Positions 1 through 8,382 of a stretch of 34,360 nucleotides of DNA are shown piece by piece. Source of the DNA: a virus. Its lineage: Duplodnaviria > Caudoviricetes. The notes under the pieces are model-generated. The model saw only the letters and a program-made list of their open reading frames with translations, had not been told where the DNA came from and made no database searches. The stretch covers positions 1-34,360 of the IMG/VR virus record IMGVR_UViG_3300032135_000034, one strand, 5' to 3'. The translations under genes and the position numbers were made by a program. The first letter of the stretch is position 1; each line of letters begins with the position of its first letter.

Positions 1-29
1 TGTCCTAGCCGATTCTAGGACCTTACTTT

Positions 30-302
30 TTAAAGGGGGGCTATGTCATTTATATTGCAGAATGTTTTGTATAATATTTCTGCTTTATCTAATGCTTTAT
101 CTAATTCAGTAGTATCTACATTGATTCCTATATTCATATAAGCTTTACACTCTTCATGTACCCTAGCATTTCCTATAGGACCAATAACTCCACCACATTC
201 TATGCATCTATTACCATCTGCTCTCGCTTTAGGGAATACATTTATAATATTACATTCCATACATTTAAATGCTATGTATTCTTTATGCTTTGTTTTACTC
301 AT
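30..302 (-). CDS. Small zinc-ribbon protein (CxxC...CxxC)
   Basis: CMEC and CIEC motifs; GAGGTGG SD; overlaps HNH stop. Confidence 0.7.
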   Translation of the reverse strand: MSKTKHKEYIAFKCMECNIINVFPKARADGNRCIECGGVIGPIGNARVHEECKAYMNIGINVDTTELDKALDKAEILYKTFCNINDIAPL

Positions 303-594
303 ACTTAACCACCTCTCCCTTACTATTAAACATTAGTCCTTCTCTTATAACTATATCGTGACTACTCATATGTTCTCTGTTGTGGCAATCTATACATAGA
401 TACTCTAACTCATTCCAGTTAAGCGTTACATCCATATCATTAATGTTCATAGGAGTTAGTAGTATCTTATGGTGTACTATAAGACCAGGACTACCACATC
501 TATTACATAATCCATACACCGATTGTATAAATCCCTCTCTACATTTCAACCATGCTCTGCTCTTATAGAACTTAATAGCAAACTCTTTAGCCAC
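295..594 (-). CDS. HNH endonuclease (terminase-associated, cos-type phages)
   Basis: FYKSRAW, CxxC, VHHK, N..LCxxCHNREH; GGAG SD. Confidence 0.92.
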   Translation of the reverse strand: MAKEFAIKFYKSRAWLKCREGFIQSVYGLCNRCGSPGLIVHHKILLTPMNINDMDVTLNWNELEYLCIDCHNREHMSSHDIVIREGLMFNSKGEVVKYE

Positions 595-603
595 TTACAT
601 CTC

Positions 604-876
604 CTACCTAAACCCTCTATATTTTAACTCTCTATCATAATCATCATCTATTGTTTTCTTTATAAGCATATCTTCATAATAAGTTTTTATAATTATTTTT
701 AATTTATCATCAATAACCATCTTTGAATTATCCGAACAATCATACAATGTTAAAGTACTATTGTCCTTATTTAATTTATTAATCATATACTTTATTACAT
801 CAGTATTCTGTATTACTATATTTTTTCTTAGCAAAATCAACACCTCATTTAATTCAAAATATCTATGTAAATCCAT
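604..876 (-). CDS. Hypothetical protein
   Basis: 90-aa ORF co-oriented with neighbours; no clear SD, start uncertain. Confidence 0.5.
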   Translation of the reverse strand: MDLHRYFELNEVLILLRKNIVIQNTDVIKYMINKLNKDNSTLTLYDCSDNSKMVIDDKLKIIIKTYYEDMLIKKTIDDDYDRELKYRGFR

Positions 877-913
877 GTAAACTAAGTTGTGAACGTTCGT
901 CTTTTGTCTGTAG

Positions 914-1020
914 AGTTTGACATATCTATGTATTTTGTAAAATTAACTACAGTTTTTTTCTACCTAATATAGCAAACTATTTTTAATTTTCTATTTTACC
1001 ATAGTCTTTTATGTCAAACT
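914..1020. other. Two inverted dif-like tyrosine-recombinase sites
   Basis: AGTTTGACATA-N8-TTTTGTAAAAT (914-943) and ATTTTACCATA-N6-TATGTCAAACT (993-1020); outer 11-bp arms are perfect inverted repeats; just downstream of the small recombinase. Confidence 0.6.
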
Positions 1021-1042
1021 AATGCCTAAAAAATATAATTTA

Positions 1043-1600
1043 TTACTTTCTTTTGAAAGATAATCCTTTTACTAAATTATCCTTGGTATCTTGATTTACA
1101 CCTATATATATTTTTGTAACAGATATATCTTTATGGTTTAAAAGGTCCTTTATTCCCATAATATCTTTACTGTCTTTATATAACCAATACCCAAATGTTT
1201 TTCTCATGGTGTGGCAACCTATATTTTCTTTATATTCAAAAAAGTCTGCTGCATTATTTAATATTTGCCATACTCTTTGTCTTGTAATCGGTTTGTTTTT
1301 TCCTTCTCTGCTTTGAAATAGAAATTCATAATCGTTCATATCTTTTGTATATTTTTTATATATTTTTTGTAACTCACTATTTATAGCAATATTAGCTTCT
1401 TTGTTTGTTTTGCTTTCCCTGATATAAATATGATCTTTATTTTTTACATCTCTAACTTTAAATTTCAACATATCAGATATTCTTCGCCCCATGTATATAC
1501 CTGTCTCAAATAAAACATAATCTCTATAGTTTTTAGTTTTTAAATAGTCTTCAATATCATAAAGTAAATCTTGGTTTCTTAGAGGTTCGACTGTATTCAT
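1043..1600 (-). CDS. Small (catalytic-domain-only) tyrosine recombinase
   Basis: GRRISD, ESKT, HTMRKTFGY, LNH, TKIY catalytic set; 185 aa. Confidence 0.92.
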   Translation of the reverse strand: MNTVEPLRNQDLLYDIEDYLKTKNYRDYVLFETGIYMGRRISDMLKFKVRDVKNKDHIYIRESKTNKEANIAINSELQKIYKKYTKDMNDYEFLFQSREGKNKPITRQRVWQILNNAADFFEYKENIGCHTMRKTFGYWLYKDSKDIMGIKDLLNHKDISVTKIYIGVNQDTKDNLVKGLSFKRK

Positions 1601-1821
1601 TCATTTCTCACCTGCCTTACTGCTCCATTTATTCTTTTGTAAGTATCATGTCCCATGCATTTCTTTAAACTATCATTAGTATTTTCTATTATCACTTTTT
1701 TACTATTGCAGTAAGGACAAACTAAATATCTATCCTTAGACATCTTTGCAACCTCTTCTGTTAATAAAACAAATTCAAATCTACATGCAATACATTTATA
1801 GCTTGTATACATACTTAGCAT
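1597..1821 (-). CDS. Zinc-ribbon protein
   Basis: YKCIAC...CPYCNS; GAGG SD. Confidence 0.75.
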   Translation of the reverse strand: MLSMYTSYKCIACRFEFVLLTEEVAKMSKDRYLVCPYCNSKKVIIENTNDSLKKCMGHDTYKRINGAVRQVRNE

Positions 1822-1875
1822 ATCCTCACTGCTCCTTATATTTTACTTTTAGAGTAACCTACTCTATTAATCACA

Positions 1876-1944
1876 TCATGTGCTTATAAATCCACATACC
1901 GGGCATTGTCCATTTTCTAACTCATTACCACAGATAGGACACAT
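1876..1944 (-). CDS. 22-aa micro zinc-ribbon peptide MCPICGNELENGQCPVCGFIST
   Basis: GAGGTG SD 5 nt before ATG; two CPxCG knuckles; below ORF-track cutoff. Confidence 0.6.
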   Translation of the reverse strand: MCPICGNELENGQCPVCGFIST

Positions 1945-1962
1945 ATTCTCACCTCTTGAACG

Positions 1963-2000
1963 TAAAAAAAGACACTGGTAAAGTTTCCAATGTCTTTTTT
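1963..2000. terminator. Bidirectional intrinsic terminator-like hairpin
   Basis: A-run-GACACTGG...CCAATGTC-T-run. Confidence 0.6.
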
Positions 2001-2019
2001 AATCTTATTCACTTGTCGT

Positions 2020-2060
2020 TATACATACTATAATCTAGTAAAACCGTAAAAAACCGTAAT
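2020..2060 (-). promoter_or_regulatory. Putative late promoter with tandem activator-binding repeat
   Basis: AAACCGTAA x2 at 10-bp period (2041-2059) immediately downstream of the late-activator-like gene; TATAGT/TAGTAT -10-like hexamer follows. Confidence 0.45.
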
Positions 2061-2072
2061 TTTAAAATATAT

Positions 2073-2519
2073 TTAATTATTTTTTATTTTGTATTTCTTT
2101 TTAACTTTTGCTATTATTTTTTCTACTGTACTTTTACTGACATTTAATCTTTGTGATATTTGAATATAATTTAATCCATCAACCTCTTTTAATTTAAAAA
2201 TTTTATATTGCATTCCTGTTAAACTTCTTAATTTAATGTTCATTAGCTCCTTTTGTTCTAACATACCTTTTAATATCATTTCTTCTCTTTCTAACCTTAC
2301 ATCAACCCTATTTATACGTGGAATAAGTCTATCAAGGGTTATAAAGTCTTTGCTACCATGTGGCATATCTGAATATGTTTGCGCCTTAAGTTCTCCTGGT
2401 GCTTTAAGTAATACCTCCAAACTTTTCTTTTCATTTTTAAGCCTTGATATGTTCATGTTTGCTATATCTATTTCTGTACATAAGTCTTTATAAGTATTAA
2501 TAGCGTAAATAATAACCAT
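2073..2519 (-). CDS. RinA/ArpU-like late transcription regulator with sigma-r4-type HTH
   Basis: C-terminal LTGMQYKIFKLKEVDGLNYIQISQRLNVSKSTVEKI HTH; track start 2633 overlaps the recombinase, so start is likely 2510-2519. Confidence 0.75.
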   Translation of the reverse strand: MVIIYAINTYKDLCTEIDIANMNISRLKNEKKSLEVLLKAPGELKAQTYSDMPHGSKDFITLDRLIPRINRVDVRLEREEMILKGMLEQKELMNIKLRSLTGMQYKIFKLKEVDGLNYIQISQRLNVSKSTVEKIIAKVKKKYKIKNN

Positions 2520-2532
2520 CCCCTTGATTTTA

Positions 2533-3426
2533 TTAAGAAATTCTTTTGTATTCATAAACAACATTTTCAATGCTTGTCTCTGCGTAAATTTGTGTAGTTT
2601 TTGGATCGCTATGTCCCAAGAGTGCTTGTACATTATGCAATGCCATTCCTGCAGCTAATAAGTGAGTAGCTATACTATGTCTTAACAAATGTGGGTAGAT
2701 TGATTTTCCTAAATCTGCTCGAGACAATATATATTCTTTTAATAAATATTTAGATTTTGTATTAAAACATACTACTCTCTCTTTATTTCCTTTGCCTATA
2801 ACTTTTAATGTTTTATTATGCCAATCTATATCTTCTTTATTTATATCAACTATTTCGCTTAACCGGCAACCACTAGAGTATGTAAATTCAAGCAATGCTT
2901 TCTCACGTATATTTTTACATTTTTGTCTTAATACTTCTACTTCGTCTACAGTTAATGCATGTCTAAGTCTGCCTGGCTCTTTAGTTGCTTTTATTTTTAA
3001 CATAGGATTTTGGGGAATATATTCTTCTTCACGCAGCCAACTAAAAAATGATTTTAATATATAATTTTGTGTGTTAGTTGTACTTGGTTTGAGATTTATG
3101 CATCTTTGGGCTAAATACATTCTTAAATCCATTGTTGTTACAGATCCCAGAGGTTTCCTAAGATAATTTGCAAACTTTAGCAGCTCTTGATTATAATTTT
3201 TTAATGTTCTTATACTTAGTCCATCCAACTTTTTTACAACTAGATAAATGTGTAATTTTTCTTCTGTATCATTGCTTGTTGTAAGTCCTGTTTCTTGTGG
3301 AACTATATCATATTTATACAAGACCTCTTCTGCTATTTGCCTTACCTTAAGTTGATTAATTTCTGGAAATTCTAATGTTAATTTACCTACTAGCCTTATT
3401 ATAATTTCATTATTTGCAATTGACAT
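2533..3426 (-). CDS. XerC/D-like tyrosine recombinase with SAM-like N-domain; apparent internal in-frame deletion
   Basis: SGCRLSE, GKGNK, HLLRHS, LGH, TTQIY; AAGGAGG SD; K-to-HxxR spacing only 34 aa. Confidence 0.92.
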   Translation of the reverse strand: MSIANNEIIIRLVGKLTLEFPEINQLKVRQIAEEVLYKYDIVPQETGLTTSNDTEEKLHIYLVVKKLDGLSIRTLKNYNQELLKFANYLRKPLGSVTTMDLRMYLAQRCINLKPSTTNTQNYILKSFFSWLREEEYIPQNPMLKIKATKEPGRLRHALTVDEVEVLRQKCKNIREKALLEFTYSSGCRLSEIVDINKEDIDWHNKTLKVIGKGNKERVVCFNTKSKYLLKEYILSRADLGKSIYPHLLRHSIATHLLAAGMALHNVQALLGHSDPKTTQIYAETSIENVVYEYKRIS

Positions 3427-3453
3427 ACAATGTTCCTCCTTTGTTTGTTAAAG

Positions 3454-3535
3454 AGGAGATATATGCTATACTATTTATATCTCCTAATGAGATTTTAAGA
3501 GAGCTGAGTGTTATCGAGACTATCAGCTCTTTTTA
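3454..3535 (+). promoter_or_regulatory. Inverted repeat enclosing an extended -10, followed by a terminator-like hairpin
   Basis: AGGAGATATA/TATATCTCCT (3454-3485) around TGCTATACT; AGAGCTGA/TCAGCTCT-TTTT (3500-3534). Confidence 0.5.
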
Positions 3536-3549
3536 TTTACCTTTTATTG

Positions 3550-3569
3550 CGCCAAATTCTTGTATTACG
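3550..3569 (-). repeat. 20-bp boundary motif, copy S1
   Basis: CGTAATACAAGAATTTGGCG, 4 nt after stop at 3574. Confidence 0.6.
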
Positions 3570-3573
3570 TTAT

Positions 3574-3750
3574 TTACTCTTTATATCCATAATCAATTAA
3601 CTTTCTTGTTTTTAATTCTTTTAATGTATTCCTTCCAAAGTCCTCATAACTATCGCCTGCTAAATCTATACAATCTCTAATAATATCTTGAAGTAAATCA
3701 AACATTTGAATTTCGTCTAAATCACTAAGCTTTCTTTTTCCAAATTGCAT
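3574..3750 (-). CDS. Hypothetical protein, 58 aa (MQFGKRKLSDLDEIQ...DYGYKE)
   Basis: GGGAGG SD, ATG; translated by hand. Confidence 0.75.
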   Translation of the reverse strand: MQFGKRKLSDLDEIQMFDLLQDIIRDCIDLAGDSYEDFGRNTLKELKTRKLIDYGYKE

Positions 3751-3766
3751 TTAATAACCTCCCTGT

Positions 3767-3786
3767 CGTAATATTCTCATATTTTG
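3767..3786 (-). repeat. 20-bp boundary motif, copy S2
   Basis: CAAAATATGAGAATATTACG, 3 nt after stop at 3790 and directly before the next SD. Confidence 0.6.
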
Positions 3787-3789
3787 TAG

Positions 3790-4035
3790 CTATAATTTTT
3801 CTAATTGCTTATATTTATCATTAAGATATATCTGAGCTGAAGTTACTAAAACATCAATCATTAGCGTTTTACGGTCTCCGGTTATATAAATTGGTTGTTG
3901 GGTTGTGTCCATTCCTGATATTGATATTTTTATTTCTTTAGCATCTTTAAATCTTTTATATTTTTCTAAATTTTGCTTTGCACTATTGATACATGATTCT
4001 AAATTTTTAGCTCTTTCTAAATCGTCTAGCGTCAT
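3790..4035 (-). CDS. Hypothetical protein
   Basis: 81 aa; AAGGAGGT SD. Confidence 0.8.
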   Translation of the reverse strand: MTLDDLERAKNLESCINSAKQNLEKYKRFKDAKEIKISISGMDTTQQPIYITGDRKTLMIDVLVTSAQIYLNDKYKQLEKL

Positions 4036-4063
4036 ATCTGTACCTCCTTTTTAATATTTTGTC

Positions 4064-4408
4064 TTACTCTTCTCCAGTAATAATTGTGTTTTCACAAGTT
4101 TCACTGAATAGCTCTACTGCATCAACATTATTATCAATCCACCACGTACCATCATAAAATTTAACCTCACCGGTGAAGTCTCTATCCTTTGTACCTACTA
4201 AAACATTTACTTGGCGTACATCCATGCCCTCATATATTTCATTGCCATTAACATCATTTTGCTCTGTATATTGTCCTACTGATCCAGGTATAATTTCATA
4301 ATCTCCATCTTCATTACAAATTTCCGTTCTATCTACAATTTGAAGTAAATCACCATAAATAAAATCTTTTGTATCTTTACTTTTTGCTCTAAATTTAATT
4401 TGCCTCAT
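4064..4408 (-). CDS. YopX family protein
   Basis: MRQIKFRA...VGQYT...DVNGNEIYEGMDV; GAGGAGG SD at the internal ATG 4408. Confidence 0.88.
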   Translation of the reverse strand: MRQIKFRAKSKDTKDFIYGDLLQIVDRTEICNEDGDYEIIPGSVGQYTEQNDVNGNEIYEGMDVRQVNVLVGTKDRDFTGEVKFYDGTWWIDNNVDAVELFSETCENTIITGEE

Positions 4409-4670
4409 TACTGTCCTCCTCTTGTATTTCCTTATGATCAGGCACTGGGATAGCATGTCCACAATTTTCACACACCCATACACTCGAGCTATCACTAGAA
4501 AACCATTTTGTAAAACAATTAGGACATATTCTTTTCTGCATTTGTTGTATACCCTCCTTTTTAAAACCTTCACACTCTTTAATCTTTTTAGATTTAAGAC
4601 CATATATATTATACTTTTTGCACCAACCAAGGATGTTAAATTCACAACCTTGGCATAAATATTTATTCAT
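4395..4670 (-). CDS. Cys-rich small protein; possible second start at 4541 (zinc ribbon)
   Basis: CQGC..C..C and CPNC...CENC; internal AAGGAGG SD before MQKRICPNC. Confidence 0.65.
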   Translation of the reverse strand: MNKYLCQGCEFNILGWCKKYNIYGLKSKKIKECEGFKKEGIQQMQKRICPNCFTKWFSSDSSSVWVCENCGHAIPVPDHKEIQEEDSNEAN

Positions 4671-5644
4671 TATAATCTTTCAGACATTTTATTTATTAAA
4701 TTTGTAATAGCACCTTTACACTTTTCATACATCTCTGGATAATCTTTTTTTATTTCATCCATTGTTTCTAATTCATTCCTGAAAATATTTTGAAGTTCTT
4801 CAAAGTAAATTTTAAATTTAAGGACCGGTTGAGAAGTATTTTGGTTAGTCTTTGCTCTAAGCTCTTGTAGTTCTTTTTCTATTTCATCAGGTACCTTTTC
4901 AATTATCACTGGCTCAGCTGTTATTACATCAACAGGCTTTTTTAATTGTTCTTCAAGTTCATCTATTTTCAAGGCTGAACTATCTAAATCATTTTGTGCT
5001 TCCAGAAGAGATGCCTGGAGTCTTTCAACCTCTTCATCATTCCCAGAAATTTTAGCTTCTCCAATAAATGTTTGAAGCTTTAAAATTTCTTCCTTTTGAT
5101 TTTCTTTTTCTTTTTTTAAATTATCTTTTTCACTTTTAAGTTCACTCTCTAAGGCCTTTAGTTTTAATTCAGATTTTACTTTATCTTCTTCGAGCTGCTT
5201 AGCATCTATTATTGCTTGATTTAGTTGTGATTGATATATTTTTAGATTGTCTTCAGCAGTGTTTTTTTCATTTTCTGCCTTGTCTCTATCTTTAATTGCT
5301 TGTTGCAATTCTCTTGTTGTCATTTCGTTTACAGGGTTCTCTTTTACAAAAGTTTCTCTCTCTTCTTGTGGAAGTTCTAACAGTGCAAAAGCCTTACTTC
5401 TAGGCAAATCCGACAACGTTGTCGTATTTGAAAATTCACTTGCAACTTTCATAAATCTTTGAGCAGTTCTATCAGTAAAATCCACCTTTTCTTTGAGCCA
5501 GTTTCCCCAACCTCCATGAGGTAGTGACTCTTTAACTTCTATCAGTCTTTTACCTATTTCTATAATGTTCTGAGCAGTCTGTTGCTTTAAAATTAATATT
5601 TCAACTGTCAATTTATCTATAACTGTTGTTTGAATTTCATTCAT
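4670..5644 (-). CDS. DUF3102 domain protein with coiled coil
   Basis: IIEIGKRLIEVKESLPHGGWGNWL...RTAQRFM. Confidence 0.88.
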   Translation of the reverse strand: MNEIQTTVIDKLTVEILILKQQTAQNIIEIGKRLIEVKESLPHGGWGNWLKEKVDFTDRTAQRFMKVASEFSNTTTLSDLPRSKAFALLELPQEERETFVKENPVNEMTTRELQQAIKDRDKAENEKNTAEDNLKIYQSQLNQAIIDAKQLEEDKVKSELKLKALESELKSEKDNLKKEKENQKEEILKLQTFIGEAKISGNDEEVERLQASLLEAQNDLDSSALKIDELEEQLKKPVDVITAEPVIIEKVPDEIEKELQELRAKTNQNTSQPVLKFKIYFEELQNIFRNELETMDEIKKDYPEMYEKCKGAITNLINKMSERL

Positions 5645-5662
5645 AATATTTCCTCCTCTTAA

Positions 5663-7192
5663 TTAGGCTGATAATCTTACTCTATTTCTTTTAGTCTGTT
5701 TTTCTAATTTTTCACTTGTAAATACTTTAATAAATTCTTTCACATCATCACTTGGAGAACGATTGTTTTTACCATGTACCTGAACAATTCTATCTTTTTT
5801 TATTTCTATTGTGTAATAAGGTTTATCTAACTCTGCAGCTTTGCGTATGAAAAATATATTGGTTTCACCTTTAGCGTAAGGTTCTGTATAGTGACTAGCA
5901 AGACAGTGGCTTAATGCCTCACTCTCTTCTACCATTTCTACTGAGCTCATAGCCGGTCTGATAATAAGATCACTGTATTTAAATATATATTTTTCTAAAG
6001 ATTTAACTCTATTTTTAATACCTGCATCAAACTTTTCATTTTTATTTATTTTAATTTGCTTAATGGTGTTTTGATGCATAGTGTATAGATCCTTTGGAAA
6101 TAGTACCTGCTCTCTGTTAATGTCCATTCCAAGCAATTTACAATCTGCTATATAATCATTAAGTTTAAGAAGGACACTATCTTCTCTACAATAATGCTTG
6201 TTCTTCTCTGTTCCATTAAATTTCATAAATTGTTTTGATATATATTTTAAAATTTTTCTTATTGAGCTGTACTCAGTTATCATTTTTAAGTCTTCATAAT
6301 GTGCTGAGTAAGTTGTAGCAATTTTTATAATTTCTTCTGTGGATACTTCCCATTTTTGCTTTCTAGCATCCTGAAGAACTTTCAGAAATTGAAAAGTAAC
6401 ATTTATTTTTTTAAGTTTTATTTCTCTTAAATCTAGTTTACTTATTTTTAAAATTTTAAATATTGTTTTTCCATTCCAATTTATTGCTCTTTCTGTGCAA
6501 TATCCATTTAACTTACCGGCAACGAGATTTTCAAAGCCTTCTTTTACTAGATATTCAATGCCAGGGTGTTTGGAATACTCCGCAAATAGTTTTACTATAC
6601 TATAATTCCCTTGAAATTGTTTGTAAGGCATGTGTTGAAAGCTAGTACTTTTAATAGCCTTACCTATACTTTCAAATGAGCAGTAACACATTTTAGATGC
6701 CATCCACCCTTGGTTAAAATCAAATATAGAACTCGTCATATCCCAACCATTATTCCAGTAATTCTTTTTAAACATAGTGGTTTTTTTGTTTTCAAAAATA
6801 TAAATTGCGTATAAATTACATGTTAACTTTGGGTTTTTGTAATCTGTATTATAATTTTTTACTGTGTAATATCCTTTGCAAATTACCACATTAGGATCTA
6901 TAGCTGATTTTTCAAAGTAATAAAAGCAGCTATCATTAGTACATTTTTTTCTACCATATCTGAGTAATTTAGCCCTTACACTAGCCCCGCAGGATGGACA
7001 TCTTCCATCCTCATTATGTTTTATATCTTCAATATCAAATTCGTTTTTGCATTTACTACAATAGGCTTTATTTATTCCATCCTTTTTTTTTATAAATAGA
7101 TATTCTGAATCTCCAAATACCTCTTCATTTACAAATTCCATAATTGGTTCAGTTATATTCAGATTTACATGCTTTAAATAATCTTCATACAT
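5663..7192 (-). CDS. PcfJ domain protein
   Basis: N-terminal CxxC/CPxCG; C-terminal LIIRPA...ESEALSHCL...IFFIRK...PYYTIE...QVHGKNN. Confidence 0.88.
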   Translation of the reverse strand: MYEDYLKHVNLNITEPIMEFVNEEVFGDSEYLFIKKKDGINKAYCSKCKNEFDIEDIKHNEDGRCPSCGASVRAKLLRYGRKKCTNDSCFYYFEKSAIDPNVVICKGYYTVKNYNTDYKNPKLTCNLYAIYIFENKKTTMFKKNYWNNGWDMTSSIFDFNQGWMASKMCYCSFESIGKAIKSTSFQHMPYKQFQGNYSIVKLFAEYSKHPGIEYLVKEGFENLVAGKLNGYCTERAINWNGKTIFKILKISKLDLREIKLKKINVTFQFLKVLQDARKQKWEVSTEEIIKIATTYSAHYEDLKMITEYSSIRKILKYISKQFMKFNGTEKNKHYCREDSVLLKLNDYIADCKLLGMDINREQVLFPKDLYTMHQNTIKQIKINKNEKFDAGIKNRVKSLEKYIFKYSDLIIRPAMSSVEMVEESEALSHCLASHYTEPYAKGETNIFFIRKAAELDKPYYTIEIKKDRIVQVHGKNNRSPSDDVKEFIKVFTSEKLEKQTKRNRVRLSA

Positions 7193-7207
7193 CCTTTACA
7201 CTCCCTT

Positions 7208-7579
7208 TTAAAAATCAAGTTCAACATTAAAATCAACGTTAGGATTTTTATCTTGTGCTATAGGAGCTTGGACCATATGTTCCTGAGGTTTAACTCCAGT
7301 TCCCAAAACTGCTGCATCAATCCCAAAATATTCTAAAACTACTTTAAACCCTTCTTGATCAGTAAGCACTGCACAATTCCCAACCTTCTTTTTTTTAGCT
7401 GCCTTCTCCATTTCACTTAAACTTTTCCCAATAGTTTTATCTTCTTGAAAAATTTTTTCTGCATTACTAGGATTTTCCTGAAGGTGCTGGAGAAGAAATT
7501 CTCCAACTACCTGAACATAAGGATTATTTTTATTTCCATCTATTTCAGCTTTTAATTTTTCAATTGCTTTTGCTAACAT
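7208..7579 (-). CDS. PcfK-like / AcrIIA9-family protein
   Basis: KTI...AKKKKVGNCAVLTDQEGFKVVLEYF; directly upstream of PcfJ. Confidence 0.65.
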   Translation of the reverse strand: MLAKAIEKLKAEIDGNKNNPYVQVVGEFLLQHLQENPSNAEKIFQEDKTIGKSLSEMEKAAKKKKVGNCAVLTDQEGFKVVLEYFGIDAAVLGTGVKPQEHMVQAPIAQDKNPNVDFNVELDF

Positions 7580-7596
7580 AATTTAACCTCCTCTAA

Positions 7597-8346
7597 TTAA
7601 CTAAATGAAGCTTCTGGCTCTTTATCCGGTGTAACTTCATCACTCTCGCAAGTTGTGTCAAGTTCAATTTTAGTCCCATCTTGGTTTAATTTTATTAAAA
7701 ATAATTCAAAATCATCTAAGTGTCTTAGTGAATTTAAATTTTGAACTGATTCACCTGATATGCTCCATTCTTTTTTATTGTTATCATTTGTATATCTATT
7801 AACTTTAATTTCAAGGTTCATATCTTTATCTTTTTCACACTCAAAGTATAAAGTTCCATATTCAAAACTACTCCAACTTCTACTGCTATCTTCTTCAAAA
7901 TCCAATGATATTTCTACCATTTCATAGCTAACTCCATCATCATAAGAAACCTCTAACTCACTTGTATCAATTTCTTTGGCCACGCGTTCTTTCCATTTAT
8001 CAAATAAATCAGATACTTTTATTGATTTTGTTTTTTCATTTACTACCATTAATTCTTTAAAATTAGTCAATAATTTTTTATTCTCTATTGAGCTGCTTTT
8101 AAGAACATCTACTAAAACATTATCAAGCTTTACAATATAAGCTGAGTAATCATATTTTTCCAAGTAGGGAACCATAACACCTTTGATTTTATCTTCTATA
8201 ACTTTTTTAATTTCTCCACTCCAACCAAACATATCTTTAATTGATGATGCAATACATTCTTCTAATTTTGCTGCTATTACCTTTTCAATTATTCCTTTTT
8301 CCAATTCCTGTGATATGCAATCTTTTATACTATTTTCTAAATCCAT
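7597..8346 (-). CDS. Conserved phage hypothetical protein (acidic)
   Basis: 249-aa ORF, GAGGGG SD. Confidence 0.8.
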   Translation of the reverse strand: MDLENSIKDCISQELEKGIIEKVIAAKLEECIASSIKDMFGWSGEIKKVIEDKIKGVMVPYLEKYDYSAYIVKLDNVLVDVLKSSSIENKKLLTNFKELMVVNEKTKSIKVSDLFDKWKERVAKEIDTSELEVSYDDGVSYEMVEISLDFEEDSSRSWSSFEYGTLYFECEKDKDMNLEIKVNRYTNDNNKKEWSISGESVQNLNSLRHLDDFELFLIKLNQDGTKIELDTTCESDEVTPDKEPEASFS

Positions 8347-8382
8347 ATTAATTTACCCCTCTCATTTTTTAATTATTTACTA

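Noticed and set aside
891-898. GAACGTTC palindrome as SOS box
   Set aside because: Lacks the 4-nt spacer
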